Positions 18,001 to 27,357 of a DNA stretch of 64,000 nucleotides are shown here, piece by piece. The stretch's first letter is position 1, and each line of letters begins with the position of its first letter. The stretch spans positions 896,001-960,000 of the forward strand of contig CAVXJS010000021.1 of assembly GCA_963762145.1 (NCBI GenBank). Direction: 5' to 3'. The position numbers were made by a program, and so were the translations under genes. The stretch comes from an uncultured Candidatus Rokubacteria bacterium (lineage in GTDB: Bacteria > Methylomirabilota > Methylomirabilia > Rokubacteriales > CSP1-6). The notes under the pieces are model-generated. The model searched no databases, was not told the DNA's origin, and saw only the letters and a list, made by a program, of their open reading frames with translations.

Positions 18001-19815
18001 TCAGGCCGAGTGGCCAGCGACCGAGAGCCGGCGGTCGAGGTCGTACGCAGCACTGATGAGCGCTAGGTGAGTGAACGCCTGCGGGAAGTTGCCGAGGTGC
18101 TCGCCCCGGCGGCCGAGCTCCTCGCTGTAGAGTCCGAGGTGGTTCGCGTAGCCGAGCATCTTCTCGAAGACGAAGCGCGCCTGCTGGAGATCGCCCAGCC
18201 GAGACAGGCACTCGACGTACCAGAACGAGCACATGTTGAAGGTGCCCTCGTCGCCCTCGAGCCCGTCGGAGAAGTGATCTCCAATTCGGTAGCGGGAGAC
18301 GAGGGAGTCGCTCACCAGGTCGCGCTCGATCGCGCGCAGGGTGGACACCCAGCGCGGGTCGGCCGGGGCAATGAACTTGACGAGCGGCAGGAGAAGGGAG
18401 GACGCGTCGAGCGCCGTCAAGCCCTTGGCCTGCACGAATGCCTTCCCGCCCGCGTCCCAGAAGTGCGTGAAGATGTCCTGATAGATCGCGTCCCTCTCCT
18501 CGTGCCAGCGCGCGAGCGGAGCCGGGAAGGAGCGCTTGCGGGCGAGGCGGATGGCCCGGTCGATCGCCGCCCAGCAGAGCACGCGAGAGTAGAGGAACTC
18601 CTGGCGGTCCCCCCGCACCTCCCAGATGCTCTCGTCCGGCTCCCGCCAGTGCCGGCCGACCCAGTCGATGAAGCGGACGACGTTGGTCCACAGGTCGTGG
18701 GAGATCGGCGCGCCGTACTTGTCGTAGAGGTAGATCGAGTCCATCAGCTCGCCGTAGATGTCGAGCTGGAGATGGGTGTGGGCCAGGTTGCCGATGCGGA
18801 CCGGCCGGGAACCCTTGTAGCCCTCCAGGTGCGGGAGGCTCTCCTCGGTCAGGATCTTGCTGCCGTCGATGCTGTACATGATCTGGAGCGACCCGTCGGG
18901 CTCCAGCCCCGCGCACCGGTCCTCCACCCAGCGCATGAAGGCCCCCGCCTCGTCGGTGAAGCCGAGCCGCATGAGGCCATAGAGCGTGAACGACGCGTCC
19001 CGAATCCAGGTGTGACGGTAGTCCCAGTTCCGCCCGCCTCCGACCCACTCGGGCAGGCCAAAGGTGGGGGCGGCGACGATCGACCCGAAGGGTCGAGAGG
19101 TGAGGAGCTTCAGCGTCAGGGCGGAGCGATTCACCATCTCCCGCCACCGGCCACGGTAGGTTGAGCGGCCCACCCAGCCGCGCCAGAAGTTGACCGTTTC
19201 CTTGAACGCCCGCGCGACGTAGTCGGGGGCGCCGGACGGCGACTCCCCACCCGGCTCCACCTGCTCGAAGACGAAGGACGCCGACTCGTCGGCGCGAAGG
19301 GTGAACTCCGCCACCGCCGCCCCGTCCACGATGCGCACCGGGACGGAGGCGCGAAGGAGGAACGCGATGGCGGGCCCGCTCCCGGCGACGAAGCGCACCG
19401 CGTCGGCGGTCCGCTCGGCGGTATGCGGCGCCCGCGCGTAGTCGAAGCACGGCTGGCACACCATGCGGAAGCGGACCTCGCCGCGGACCGTCTTTGCGCG
19501 CCGGACGACATCGTGCGCGTGCCGGCCGTCGCCGATCGGCATGAAGTCCGATACCTCGGCCACACCATCGTTGGAGAGAAAGCGCGTCAGGAGAACACAG
19601 GTGTCGGGCAGGTAGAGCTGTTTCTGCCGCGCGCCCTCGAGGAGGGGGGCGAGCTGGAAGCGCCCGCCCCGCTCATCGTCCAGCAGGGCGGCGAAGACGG
19701 ACGCCGAGTCGAAGCGGGGTGCGCACATGAAGTCGATCGATCCGTCCATCCCGACAAGCGCCACCGTGTGGAGGTCCCCGATGACCCCGTAGTTCTCGAT
19801 CGGTTGATAGCTCAT
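18001..19815 (-). CDS. Glycoside hydrolase family 15 (trehalase/glucoamylase-like)
   Basis: YGVIGDL..ALVG.DGSID; RNWDYR..WIRDA; QLDIYGE; LGNFPQAFTH. Confidence 0.95.
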   Translation of the reverse strand: MSYQPIENYGVIGDLHTVALVGMDGSIDFMCAPRFDSASVFAALLDDERGGRFQLAPLLEGARQKQLYLPDTCVLLTRFLSNDGVAEVSDFMPIGDGRHAHDVVRRAKTVRGEVRFRMVCQPCFDYARAPHTAERTADAVRFVAGSGPAIAFLLRASVPVRIVDGAAVAEFTLRADESASFVFEQVEPGGESPSGAPDYVARAFKETVNFWRGWVGRSTYRGRWREMVNRSALTLKLLTSRPFGSIVAAPTFGLPEWVGGGRNWDYRHTWIRDASFTLYGLMRLGFTDEAGAFMRWVEDRCAGLEPDGSLQIMYSIDGSKILTEESLPHLEGYKGSRPVRIGNLAHTHLQLDIYGELMDSIYLYDKYGAPISHDLWTNVVRFIDWVGRHWREPDESIWEVRGDRQEFLYSRVLCWAAIDRAIRLARKRSFPAPLARWHEERDAIYQDIFTHFWDAGGKAFVQAKGLTALDASSLLLPLVKFIAPADPRWVSTLRAIERDLVSDSLVSRYRIGDHFSDGLEGDEGTFNMCSFWYVECLSRLGDLQQARFVFEKMLGYANHLGLYSEELGRRGEHLGNFPQAFTHLALISAAYDLDRRLSVAGHSA

Positions 19816-20138
19816 GCCGTCCCTACCACGCCAGGCTCCACGGTCCGTCGAATCGGCACGTCACGCAGGAACGCACTCACGGTGGGGCTCGCGTAGGTGC
19901 CGAAGGCGTCCACCAACGACCCCCGGGTCCCGTCCGCGCTCTCGATTGCGTACACGATCGCCATGTCGTCGGGGTCCGACACGCCTTCGAACCGCTGGAA
20001 CTCCCGAATGATCAGCTCGTGTGCCCCGAATGTCTTCCCGCTGTCGAACGCTCGGAGCCGATCGCCCACCACGCCGAAGTTCGCCGTGAAGCCTCGGCCG
20101 ACAAGTCCCTCGATGGCGTTCGAGAGGGTCCTCATCAC
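19812..20138 (-). CDS. Conserved hypothetical protein (RFEGxSDPDD family), paralog of 48229-48537
   Basis: FQRFEGVSDPDDMAIVYAIES..GTRGSLVDAFG. Confidence 0.85.
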   Translation of the reverse strand: MMRTLSNAIEGLVGRGFTANFGVVGDRLRAFDSGKTFGAHELIIREFQRFEGVSDPDDMAIVYAIESADGTRGSLVDAFGTYASPTVSAFLRDVPIRRTVEPGVVGTA

Positions 20139-20482
20139 CGGCCGCCTTCGAGGATTCTTTTCAGGACCAACGCCTCGTTGTGCTGTTCATCCCGCGCGGC
20201 GTAGACGAGGGTCACGGTATGCGCATTGCTCTTCCGCTTCAGCAGCTCGACGGCATCCTTCTTCCCGCGGAGCTCCTTCCGGTAACGCGCCTGGAACTGC
20301 TTCCATCTGGCCGGGGCGTGGCCGAACCACTTGCGCAACTCCGTGCTGGGGGCCACGTCCTTCAGCCACAGCGTCACCGCCGCCCGCTCCTTGGTCAAAC
20401 CGCGCGGCCACAGGCGATCGACCAGGATTCGTGCGCCATCCATTCGGGACGGCCTCTCATAAACTCGCTTCAGTCGGATCAT
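20135..20482 (-). CDS. DUF488 (YeaO-like) protein
   Basis: LKRVYE..DGARILVDRLWPRG..APSTELRKWFGH..HNEALVL. Confidence 0.92.
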   Translation of the reverse strand: MIRLKRVYERPSRMDGARILVDRLWPRGLTKERAAVTLWLKDVAPSTELRKWFGHAPARWKQFQARYRKELRGKKDAVELLKRKSNAHTVTLVYAARDEQHNEALVLKRILEGGR

Positions 20483-20484
20483 GG

Positions 20485-20757
20485 TCAGGAGCCTTTGCCG
20501 CGCCGGCGGCCCCGGCTCCGCGACTTCGTTCGCGCCCCGGCGCGACCCTGTAGTCTGCGGAGCGCCGACCCCTTGTGCATGGCCAGATGGCCGGTCTTGT
20601 CGCTCTCGATCAGGTACTGGGGCTCCTCCCTCGAGGCGCGAACGGTGTACCCCTTGAACTCGACCGGCGCGCTGACCTTCCGTCGGATGAACCCGCTCAC
20701 GCGCCCGGCCTCGGAGTTCCAGCTCACGTGGTCACCGATCTTGAACGCGCGCGGCAT
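20485..20757 (-). CDS. DUF2945 (Hva1/Tudor-like) protein
   Basis: FKIGDHVSWNSEAG..PQYLIESDKTGHLAMHKGSAL. Confidence 0.85.
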   Translation of the reverse strand: MPRAFKIGDHVSWNSEAGRVSGFIRRKVSAPVEFKGYTVRASREEPQYLIESDKTGHLAMHKGSALRRLQGRAGARTKSRSRGRRRGKGS

Positions 20758-20774
20758 GGCCGTCCCTCCCTATC

Positions 20775-21152
20775 CTAGGCGGCTCCGGCAAGGGTGAGCA
20801 AGCAGGCGCTCTCCTCGAGAGCCTTCACCTCGTGCGCGATGGCAGACTCCAGCACGATGAGCTCGCCGGGCCCGAGCGCTTGCGCACGGTCGCCGGCCCG
20901 AAAGGTCACCGAGCCACTCAGGACGTGGAAGGTCAGAGGGCCGGCGGCCTGATGCTCGGAGATCCTGGTTCCTTTGCCGAGCAGCATCAGTACCACGCGA
21001 AGCGCGGGCTCCTTGGCCAAGGTGATCGCGTTGCGTCCGCTCGTACGCCACGTGGGCTCCTGCCTGAGCCGCTCCAGTTGCTCGCTGAGATGCAGATGAA
21101 GGAGCGGCACCTCGGCCGGTCGGTCAGGTCTCGCCTTCCACTCGTCAATCAT
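20775..21152 (-). CDS. Cupin domain protein
   Basis: RNAITLAK..LRVVLM..EHQAAGPLTFHVLSG..HEVKALEES. Confidence 0.85.
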   Translation of the reverse strand: MIDEWKARPDRPAEVPLLHLHLSEQLERLRQEPTWRTSGRNAITLAKEPALRVVLMLLGKGTRISEHQAAGPLTFHVLSGSVTFRAGDRAQALGPGELIVLESAIAHEVKALEESACLLTLAGAA

Positions 21153-22692
21153 GAACCTCTCCAGTCTCGCGCTCCATGGCCAGCTCGGCCTCGAGGCTCT
21201 CCCGGTCGCGAAAGATGCTTGCCACCGCCAGGACCCGACCACCCGCCCGATAGCGCACGCTCCCGTCGTGCTGCTCGAGGCTGCCGTCGATCTCGATCGC
21301 ATCCCAGCGCTCGGCATGGCCCACGTAGTTGATGGAGATGTCGTAGTGCTGGCTCCAGAAGAAGGGCACGTCGGTGAAGGGCGCGCGCTCGCCGACGATG
21401 GTGCGGGCGACGGCCTGGCCCTGCCGCTGGGCCAGTACCCAGTGCTCGATGCGCACGAGGCCGCCGCCGCGCGGGTTCGGCCAGCGCGCGGCGTCGCCGA
21501 CCGCGAAGACCCCCTTGGTGGTCGTCTCCAGGTAGGCGTCCACGACAATCCCCTTCTCGACCAGCAGTCCCGCCTTCTCGGCGAGCGCGGTCGCCGGACT
21601 GACGCCGATGCCCGCGACGATGAAGTCCGCGTCGAGTCGCTCGCCTCCCTCTAGCACCACGCCCCCGCGCGTGAGGCCGCTCGCCTTCTTACCGAGGTGG
21701 AAGACAACCCCGTGCTGCTCGTGGAGGCCGCGGATGAAGTCGCCGAGTTCCGGGCCCAGCACGCGCTCGAGCGGGCGCCGACCGGGCGCGACCACGTGTA
21801 CCTCGATCTTCCGCGCGCGGAGCGACGCGGCGACTTCGAGCCCGATGAAGCTCGCGCCCAGAACGACCGCGCGGCGTGCCCCCTCCGCCGACTTGATGAT
21901 CGCGCGACTGTCGGCCAGGGTGCGCAGGTAGTGAACGGGCGGGCCGGGCTCGCCGGACATCGCGAGCCGAACCGGATCGGCGCCGGTGGCGAGAACGATC
22001 GCGCCGAACTCCCGTGCCGTACCGTCATCGAAGGTGAGGCGCCTCCGGTCGAGATCGAGCGCGGTCACCTGCCGGCCACGCGCAAGCTCCACCCTACGCT
22101 CCTCGTAATAGGCGCTCAGGTGGAGCGGAAGCTGCTCCTCCTGGACGCTTCCGGCCAGGTAGTCCTTGGACAGGTTCGGTCGGTCATAGGGCGCCTCCTG
22201 GTCGCGATCGATGAGCGTGATGTCTCCATCGAACCCGAGGTGACGCAATTCGTCCGCCGCGCTGTTCCCCGCGGCCCCCGCGCCCACGATCGCGACCGAC
22301 CGCGGCGTCGGTGTCCCCGGCCGCGCGACCCGCCGCACGCTGCCCGGCTTCGCCCGTTTCCCGGTGACGAACACCTGCCCGGCGCGCTGTACGATCTCGT
22401 AGCCTGCGACCGGGCTCAAGGCCGGCGCGCCCAGCGCCTCCCCGGTCCGGAGGCTGAAGCAGGCGTGGTGCCAGGGGCAGCGGACGGTGTCGTCCACGAC
22501 CAGCCCGTCGGCGAGTGGGCCCCCGTAGTGGCTGCAGGTGGCGCCAATCGCGAAGACCTCCGCGCCCCGCCGCACCAGGATAACCGGCTCATCCTGGACT
22601 CGACCGAGCAACGGAACGCCCTCGGCGAGCGAATTCGCCGGGATGCCGGCGGTAAGGTCAGGGCCGTTCCGAGTCTGCAGTTGATCGCTCAT
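21145..22692 (-). CDS. Rieske 2Fe-2S plus FAD-dependent pyridine nucleotide oxidoreductase (AIF/ferredoxin reductase-like)
   Basis: CSHYGGPL..CPWHH; GAGAAG; PYDRPNLSK; GASFIGLE; VPFFWSQHYD. Confidence 0.93.
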   Translation of the reverse strand: MSDQLQTRNGPDLTAGIPANSLAEGVPLLGRVQDEPVILVRRGAEVFAIGATCSHYGGPLADGLVVDDTVRCPWHHACFSLRTGEALGAPALSPVAGYEIVQRAGQVFVTGKRAKPGSVRRVARPGTPTPRSVAIVGAGAAGNSAADELRHLGFDGDITLIDRDQEAPYDRPNLSKDYLAGSVQEEQLPLHLSAYYEERRVELARGRQVTALDLDRRRLTFDDGTAREFGAIVLATGADPVRLAMSGEPGPPVHYLRTLADSRAIIKSAEGARRAVVLGASFIGLEVAASLRARKIEVHVVAPGRRPLERVLGPELGDFIRGLHEQHGVVFHLGKKASGLTRGGVVLEGGERLDADFIVAGIGVSPATALAEKAGLLVEKGIVVDAYLETTTKGVFAVGDAARWPNPRGGGLVRIEHWVLAQRQGQAVARTIVGERAPFTDVPFFWSQHYDISINYVGHAERWDAIEIDGSLEQHDGSVRYRAGGRVLAVASIFRDRESLEAELAMERETGEVHD

Positions 22693-22704
22693 GTGCTTTC
22701 TCCC

Positions 22705-23355
22705 CTAGATCTTGGCGTTGGATTTGTTCCAATCGTCAAGGAACTTCTTCAGCCCGATGTCCGTCAATGGATGCTTCATCAGCATCTCCAGAACCGAGAA
22801 CGGCATCGTCGCCACGTGCGCCCCGGCCTTCGCGGCGTCCAGCACATGGAGCGGGCTCCGGATCGAGGCCGCCAACACCTGCGTCTTGAACCCGTAGTTC
22901 CGATAGATCTGGCAGATGTCGCGGACCAGGTCCATGCCCACCGCGCCGATATCGTCCAGGCGCCCGAGGAACGGGCTGATGTAGACGGCCCCCGCCTTAG
23001 CCGATAGCAGCGCCTGCGGCGCCGAGAAGCAGAGCGTCTGGTTGACCCGGATCCCCTCACCGGTGAGGTGCTTGACCGCCTTGAGCCCATCCCGGGTCAG
23101 CGGGCACTTGACCACCACGTTCGGCGCGACCTGCGCGAGCTCCTTGCCCTCCTTCATCATGCCTTCGAAATCGGCCGCAACCACCTCGAGGCTCACGTCG
23201 CCCGACACGATGGAGCAGATCTCCTCGAGCAGCGGGCGGACGGAGCGCTTCTCCTTCGCGATCAGCGATGGATTGGTCGTGCAGCCGTCCACCAGGCCCA
23301 TGGCCACGCCTTCGCGCAGCTCGGTGACGTTGGCGGTATCGAGAAAGATCTTCAT
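22705..23355 (-). CDS. tal: Transaldolase (short FSA/TAL class)
   Basis: FLDTAN, TTNPS, VVVKCP; Glu in SLEV and Phe in SPF favour transaldolase over FSA. Confidence 0.9.
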   Translation of the reverse strand: MKIFLDTANVTELREGVAMGLVDGCTTNPSLIAKEKRSVRPLLEEICSIVSGDVSLEVVAADFEGMMKEGKELAQVAPNVVVKCPLTRDGLKAVKHLTGEGIRVNQTLCFSAPQALLSAKAGAVYISPFLGRLDDIGAVGMDLVRDICQIYRNYGFKTQVLAASIRSPLHVLDAAKAGAHVATMPFSVLEMLMKHPLTDIGLKKFLDDWNKSNAKI

Positions 23356-23363
23356 GGCATCCT

Positions 23364-24020
23364 CTAGCTGAACTGCTTCGGGAACTGCTTCGCGATCGCT
23401 GCGGCGAGCGCATCCGCGATCACGTACATGTGGTTCTTCATCGCCTCCCAGGTCTGCGCTTCCGGCGCGTATTGCTTGCTCTGCACCTGCTGGATCTGCT
23501 GGACATGATGACCGCCGTGGGCGAGGAGCAGGCCGTTCAGCGTGTCGAACGGCAAATTCGGGTTCGCCCCGCCCAAAAATCTGGCGATTTCGGTTGCGTT
23601 GCCACTCAGGCTCTTGAACGCCGCATCCTGCTTAGCCTTGTTGCCCGCAACCGTCGCTTCGAGGTACTGCTTGACTGCACCGTAGTGGCCGGCGAGCAGC
23701 CCGAACAGCTTCTCGGATGCGTCCTTGCCGTAGTACGGCTCGATCGCGGCGGCGATCTGCTTGGCGTTGGCAACCACTTCCTGCTCCGCTGCCGCGGCGG
23801 CAGGCTGATTCCCCGCGAACGTGGATACGACCACGTTGCGGACCCAGAAGACGTGGCCTACCCAGAGATCGCGCAGCGCCGCACCGGTCTCGTTGACCTT
23901 CGCCGGCGTGGACGCCTGAGCGATGGAGTGGGTCCCGTGCTGGGCAAGCGCGGGTCCCATCGGCGCGAAGAAGGTGGCCAGAACCGAGATGACGCCGAGG
24001 CATTGTTTAACCGTATTCAT
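23364..24020 (-). CDS. Secreted His-containing helical-bundle protein of unknown function
   Basis: AAGGAG RBS; signal peptide ending ALA; [32 protein letters not shown]. Confidence 0.8.
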   Translation of the reverse strand: MNTVKQCLGVISVLATFFAPMGPALAQHGTHSIAQASTPAKVNETGAALRDLWVGHVFWVRNVVVSTFAGNQPAAAAAEQEVVANAKQIAAAIEPYYGKDASEKLFGLLAGHYGAVKQYLEATVAGNKAKQDAAFKSLSGNATEIARFLGGANPNLPFDTLNGLLLAHGGHHVQQIQQVQSKQYAPEAQTWEAMKNHMYVIADALAAAIAKQFPKQFS

Positions 24021-24040
24021 CGTGTTCTCCTTTGAAGGGG

Positions 24041-25012
24041 TTAGACCGAGGCCGTGTACGTCGCCAGCCAAGGGGTCGAGATGCCGAGCCTCGTCAGCAT
24101 CGTGACGACTCGCTCGGGACTGCCGAGATCACACCAGGTCAGCCCGGGCAGCTTCGACACCGCGAGCATCTGCGGGCATGCCTCGAGAACGGTCCGAGAA
24201 AAATCCACGGTGGGGGCCAGGGCGTAGGCTTGGCGAACCGCCCACCGCTCGTGCTCACCACCTGCGACCGCCCGCAGGGGCGCGAGCCGGTCGTAGAGAG
24301 CGGGCGCGCACTCACGCCCGGCCGAGAGCAACACCGCCGCCCGCGCGGCAAACACGAAGGTGTTCCAGAGACTTCCCCCGAGCAACAGGGCTTCCGCCGC
24401 CTCCTGCGACGGCTTCTCCCGGAACCGCCTGATCGCGTGGACTGGGCCCTGGCCGGTCCACCCGATCGGCTCTCCCGGCACGATCCAGCCGTACTCGGTC
24501 TCCGGCTGACTCGGCGGTGCCCCAAGGAGCACGATCCGCCCAGGCTCTCGCGCGACGAGTGAGGCCAGCTCTACCACGTGCTCCATGAAGGCCGCCTCTT
24601 CCAGGACGAGATGATCCGACGGAAAGCACACGAGCGTCGCGCCCGGATCCCGCGTCTCGATCCACTGCGCGGCCAGGAGTATGCCGGCGGCCGTCCCGCG
24701 GCTCTCCGGCTGGCTCAGCACGTGCGGGCGGGGCGTCGTGCCGAGCTCGCGCTCAAGATAGCGCGCGTGCGCCTGCAGGGTGACGACCACGGTCCGCTCC
24801 GGAGGAATCAACCGCCGGACTCGGTCGAGGGTCTGGCCCAGGAGCGTTCGGGCGCCGAGCAAGGGAGAAAATTGCTTGGGTCGCTCGTCGCCACACAGGT
24901 GTCGGACGAGCGGACGTAGCCTGATCCCTTCGCCTCCCGCGAGCACCACGGCCCAGAGCGATCCCCGCTCGGCCGACTCGATCCCTTCTCCCCGCTTCCG
25001 CTCCGAGACCAT
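24041..25012 (-). CDS. Sugar-phosphate nucleotidyltransferase (mannose-1-phosphate guanylyltransferase-like)
   Basis: VVLAGGEGIRLRP..PKQF; PSDH; ETEYGWI; FREKP; WCDLG. Confidence 0.88.
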   Translation of the reverse strand: MVSERKRGEGIESAERGSLWAVVLAGGEGIRLRPLVRHLCGDERPKQFSPLLGARTLLGQTLDRVRRLIPPERTVVVTLQAHARYLERELGTTPRPHVLSQPESRGTAAGILLAAQWIETRDPGATLVCFPSDHLVLEEAAFMEHVVELASLVAREPGRIVLLGAPPSQPETEYGWIVPGEPIGWTGQGPVHAIRRFREKPSQEAAEALLLGGSLWNTFVFAARAAVLLSAGRECAPALYDRLAPLRAVAGGEHERWAVRQAYALAPTVDFSRTVLEACPQMLAVSKLPGLTWCDLGSPERVVTMLTRLGISTPWLATYTASV

Positions 25013-25034
25013 GATCGCGTTCCTCCCGCTCCCT

Positions 25035-25101
25035 CTTGTACCCGCAGACTCTCACTTCGACTATTAGAAACGTTCCGCCTCATGCTTAGCTTTGCTGTAA
25101 G
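25035..25101 (-). promoter_or_regulatory. Conserved LysR-type bipartite promoter, copy A
   Basis: Read on minus: CTTACAGCAAAGCTAAG (T-N11-A) ... CTAATAG - 20 nt - TACAAG. Confidence 0.7.
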
Positions 25102-25112
25102 ATCGGCGCGCG

Positions 25113-26063
25113 ATGGAGTGGCTCAACTATCATCACCTGCTCTACTTCTGGATGGTCGTGCGGACCGGCAGCGTGGCGGCCGCCAGCACCGAGCTGAAGC
25201 TTGCCTCGCCGACCATCAGCGTCCAGATCCGGCGGCTCGAGGAGCAGCTCGGCGAGAAGCTGCTCCGACGCTCGGGGCGTCACGTCATCCCCACCGAGAT
25301 GGGTCAGGTCGTCTATCGCTACGCCGACGAGATCTTCGCCCTCGGGCGGGAGCTCCTCGACACCGCCCGCGGCCGGCCGACCGGTCGGCCGATGCACGTG
25401 GTGATCGGCGTACACGACGTCATCCCGAAGGCCATCGCGCGGAGGCTCATCGAGCCCGCCCTCAAGCTCCCGGACCCGGTCAGGATCACCTGTCGCGAGG
25501 GCAGTTCGGAACAGCTCCTCGCGGACCTTTCCGTCCAACGCGTCGACGTCGTGCTGGCTGACGCCCCGATCAGCCCTACCGTGAAGGTCCGCGCCTACAA
25601 TCATTTGCTCGGCGAAACGGGGCAGTCGTTCCTGGGTGTCCCGCGGTTGGTGCGGAAGTACCGGCCGGGGTTCCCGAAATCGCTGCACGACGCACCGATG
25701 CTACTGCCCACTCCGAACACCGCAGTGCGGCACGCCCTGGACCAGTGGTTCGACGCTGTCGACATCCGGCCCCGCGTCGTCGGTGAGTTCGACGATTCGG
25801 AGCTACGCTGGGAGTTCGGCGCGACCGGAATCGGAGTCTTCTCGGCTCCACTCGTGCTCGAGACGCATCTCAGCCGGCTCCACAACGTGCAGCGGATCGG
25901 CTTGATGCCGACCGTACTCTCGACCTTCTACGCGATCTCGGTAGAGCGGAAGCTCAAACATCCGGCCGCGGTCGCGATTTGCGAGGCGGCACGGCATACG
26001 CTGTTCGCCAAGAAGGCGCCAACCCCGTCTCGGCGGGCGCGCGCGCGCCCGGCGCGGAGCTGA
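25113..26063 (+). CDS. nhaR: NhaR-type LysR transcriptional regulator
   Basis: MEWLNYHHLLYFW..GSV..PTISVQIRRLEE; GEFDDS; FYAISVERKLKHPA, characteristic of the NhaR subfamily. Confidence 0.88.
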   Translation: MEWLNYHHLLYFWMVVRTGSVAAASTELKLASPTISVQIRRLEEQLGEKLLRRSGRHVIPTEMGQVVYRYADEIFALGRELLDTARGRPTGRPMHVVIGVHDVIPKAIARRLIEPALKLPDPVRITCREGSSEQLLADLSVQRVDVVLADAPISPTVKVRAYNHLLGETGQSFLGVPRLVRKYRPGFPKSLHDAPMLLPTPNTAVRHALDQWFDAVDIRPRVVGEFDDSELRWEFGATGIGVFSAPLVLETHLSRLHNVQRIGLMPTVLSTFYAISVERKLKHPAAVAICEAARHTLFAKKAPTPSRRARARPARS

Positions 26064-26088
26064 TCCAGAGCCACTCGCGGGGGCAACC

Positions 26089-27357
26089 TCACGGGTAGAG
26101 ACCGCGGACCCGGTGCGCATCGGCCACGCGGCCGATCCCCTCCATCAGGGCCGCCGATCTCAGCGTTACTTTTTCGCGCTCGGCAGTCGCCCAGACCCGG
26201 TCGACCGCGCGCGTCATGATCTCCTGAAGGCGAGAAGTGACCTCGGTCTCTCGCCAGAAGTGGTGCTGAAGCCCCTGAACCCACTCGAAGTACGACACCA
26301 CAACCCCGCCGGCGTTGGCCAGAACGTCTGGAATCACCCGGACGCCCCGCTCGTGGAGGATTGCATCCGCCTCCGCAGTGGTGGGACCATTGGCCGCCTC
26401 GATGATGACGGCGGCCTTCACCCGATCGGCATTACCCTCGTGGATCTGTGATCCGACCGCGGCCGGCACAAGGACCCCGCACGCCTGTTCGATCAGGTCC
26501 GCGTTCGAGATCGGATCGGCGCCTGGCAAGCCGACCACGCTGCCGCTCTCCTTTACATGATCCTGGAGCTTAATCACATCGAGACCCTGCTCATTCCAGA
26601 TCCCTCCGTTGATGTCGCCGACGCCGACGATCATGCAGCCGTCGTTCCAGAGAAGACGCGCCACAACACTTCCAACGTTCCCGAACCCCTGGATTACCAC
26701 CCGCTTACCTCGAAGCTCGTGGCCCAGATGGTGAGCGGCCTGATGAAGGACTGAGACGATCCCTCGGCCGGTTGCCTCCCGTCGCCCGTACGATCCTCCG
26801 ATGATGAGCGGCTTTCCGGTTACCATTCCCGGCACGCTCCGTCCCTGCGTCATCGAGTACGTGTCCATCATCCACGCCATGGTCTGCTCGTCAGTCCCGA
26901 GATCCGGAGCGGGAATGTCCAGGTCAGGTCCAATGAGCGGCATGATCTCCACGGTATAGCGACGGGTGACGCCTTCGCGCTCCCGTACCGACAACCGTTG
27001 GGGCGCGCAGCGAACTCCCCCTTTCGCACCGCCATACGGCAAGCCCATGAGCGCGCACTTCCAGGTCATCAGCATCGCCAGGGCGGTCACCTCGCCCAGA
27101 TCCACGCACGGATCGTACCGGAGCCCGCCCTTGCTCGGCCCAAGAGCGGTATCGTGATGAACCCGGTACCCGATGAAGACTTCAGTTCGTCCATCGTCCA
27201 TGAGCACGGGGATGGACACGGTCAGCGCACGTCGCGGATACCGGAGCCGCTCGTGGATACCCGAATCGAGATTCAAGCGTTCCGCGATTGCGTCGAGCTG
27301 GGCAAGTGCTGTTCGATGAAGAGGCGACTCGAACTCTGAGGCCGGTGTCATGAACAT
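26089..27357 (-). CDS. gdhA: Glu/Leu/Phe/Val dehydrogenase (glutamate dehydrogenase)
   Basis: GPSKGGLR, GGAKGG, DIPAPD, QGFGNVG, NAGGVVVSYFEWVQ. Confidence 0.92.
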   Translation of the reverse strand: MFMTPASEFESPLHRTALAQLDAIAERLNLDSGIHERLRYPRRALTVSIPVLMDDGRTEVFIGYRVHHDTALGPSKGGLRYDPCVDLGEVTALAMLMTWKCALMGLPYGGAKGGVRCAPQRLSVREREGVTRRYTVEIMPLIGPDLDIPAPDLGTDEQTMAWMMDTYSMTQGRSVPGMVTGKPLIIGGSYGRREATGRGIVSVLHQAAHHLGHELRGKRVVIQGFGNVGSVVARLLWNDGCMIVGVGDINGGIWNEQGLDVIKLQDHVKESGSVVGLPGADPISNADLIEQACGVLVPAAVGSQIHEGNADRVKAAVIIEAANGPTTAEADAILHERGVRVIPDVLANAGGVVVSYFEWVQGLQHHFWRETEVTSRLQEIMTRAVDRVWATAEREKVTLRSAALMEGIGRVADAHRVRGLYP

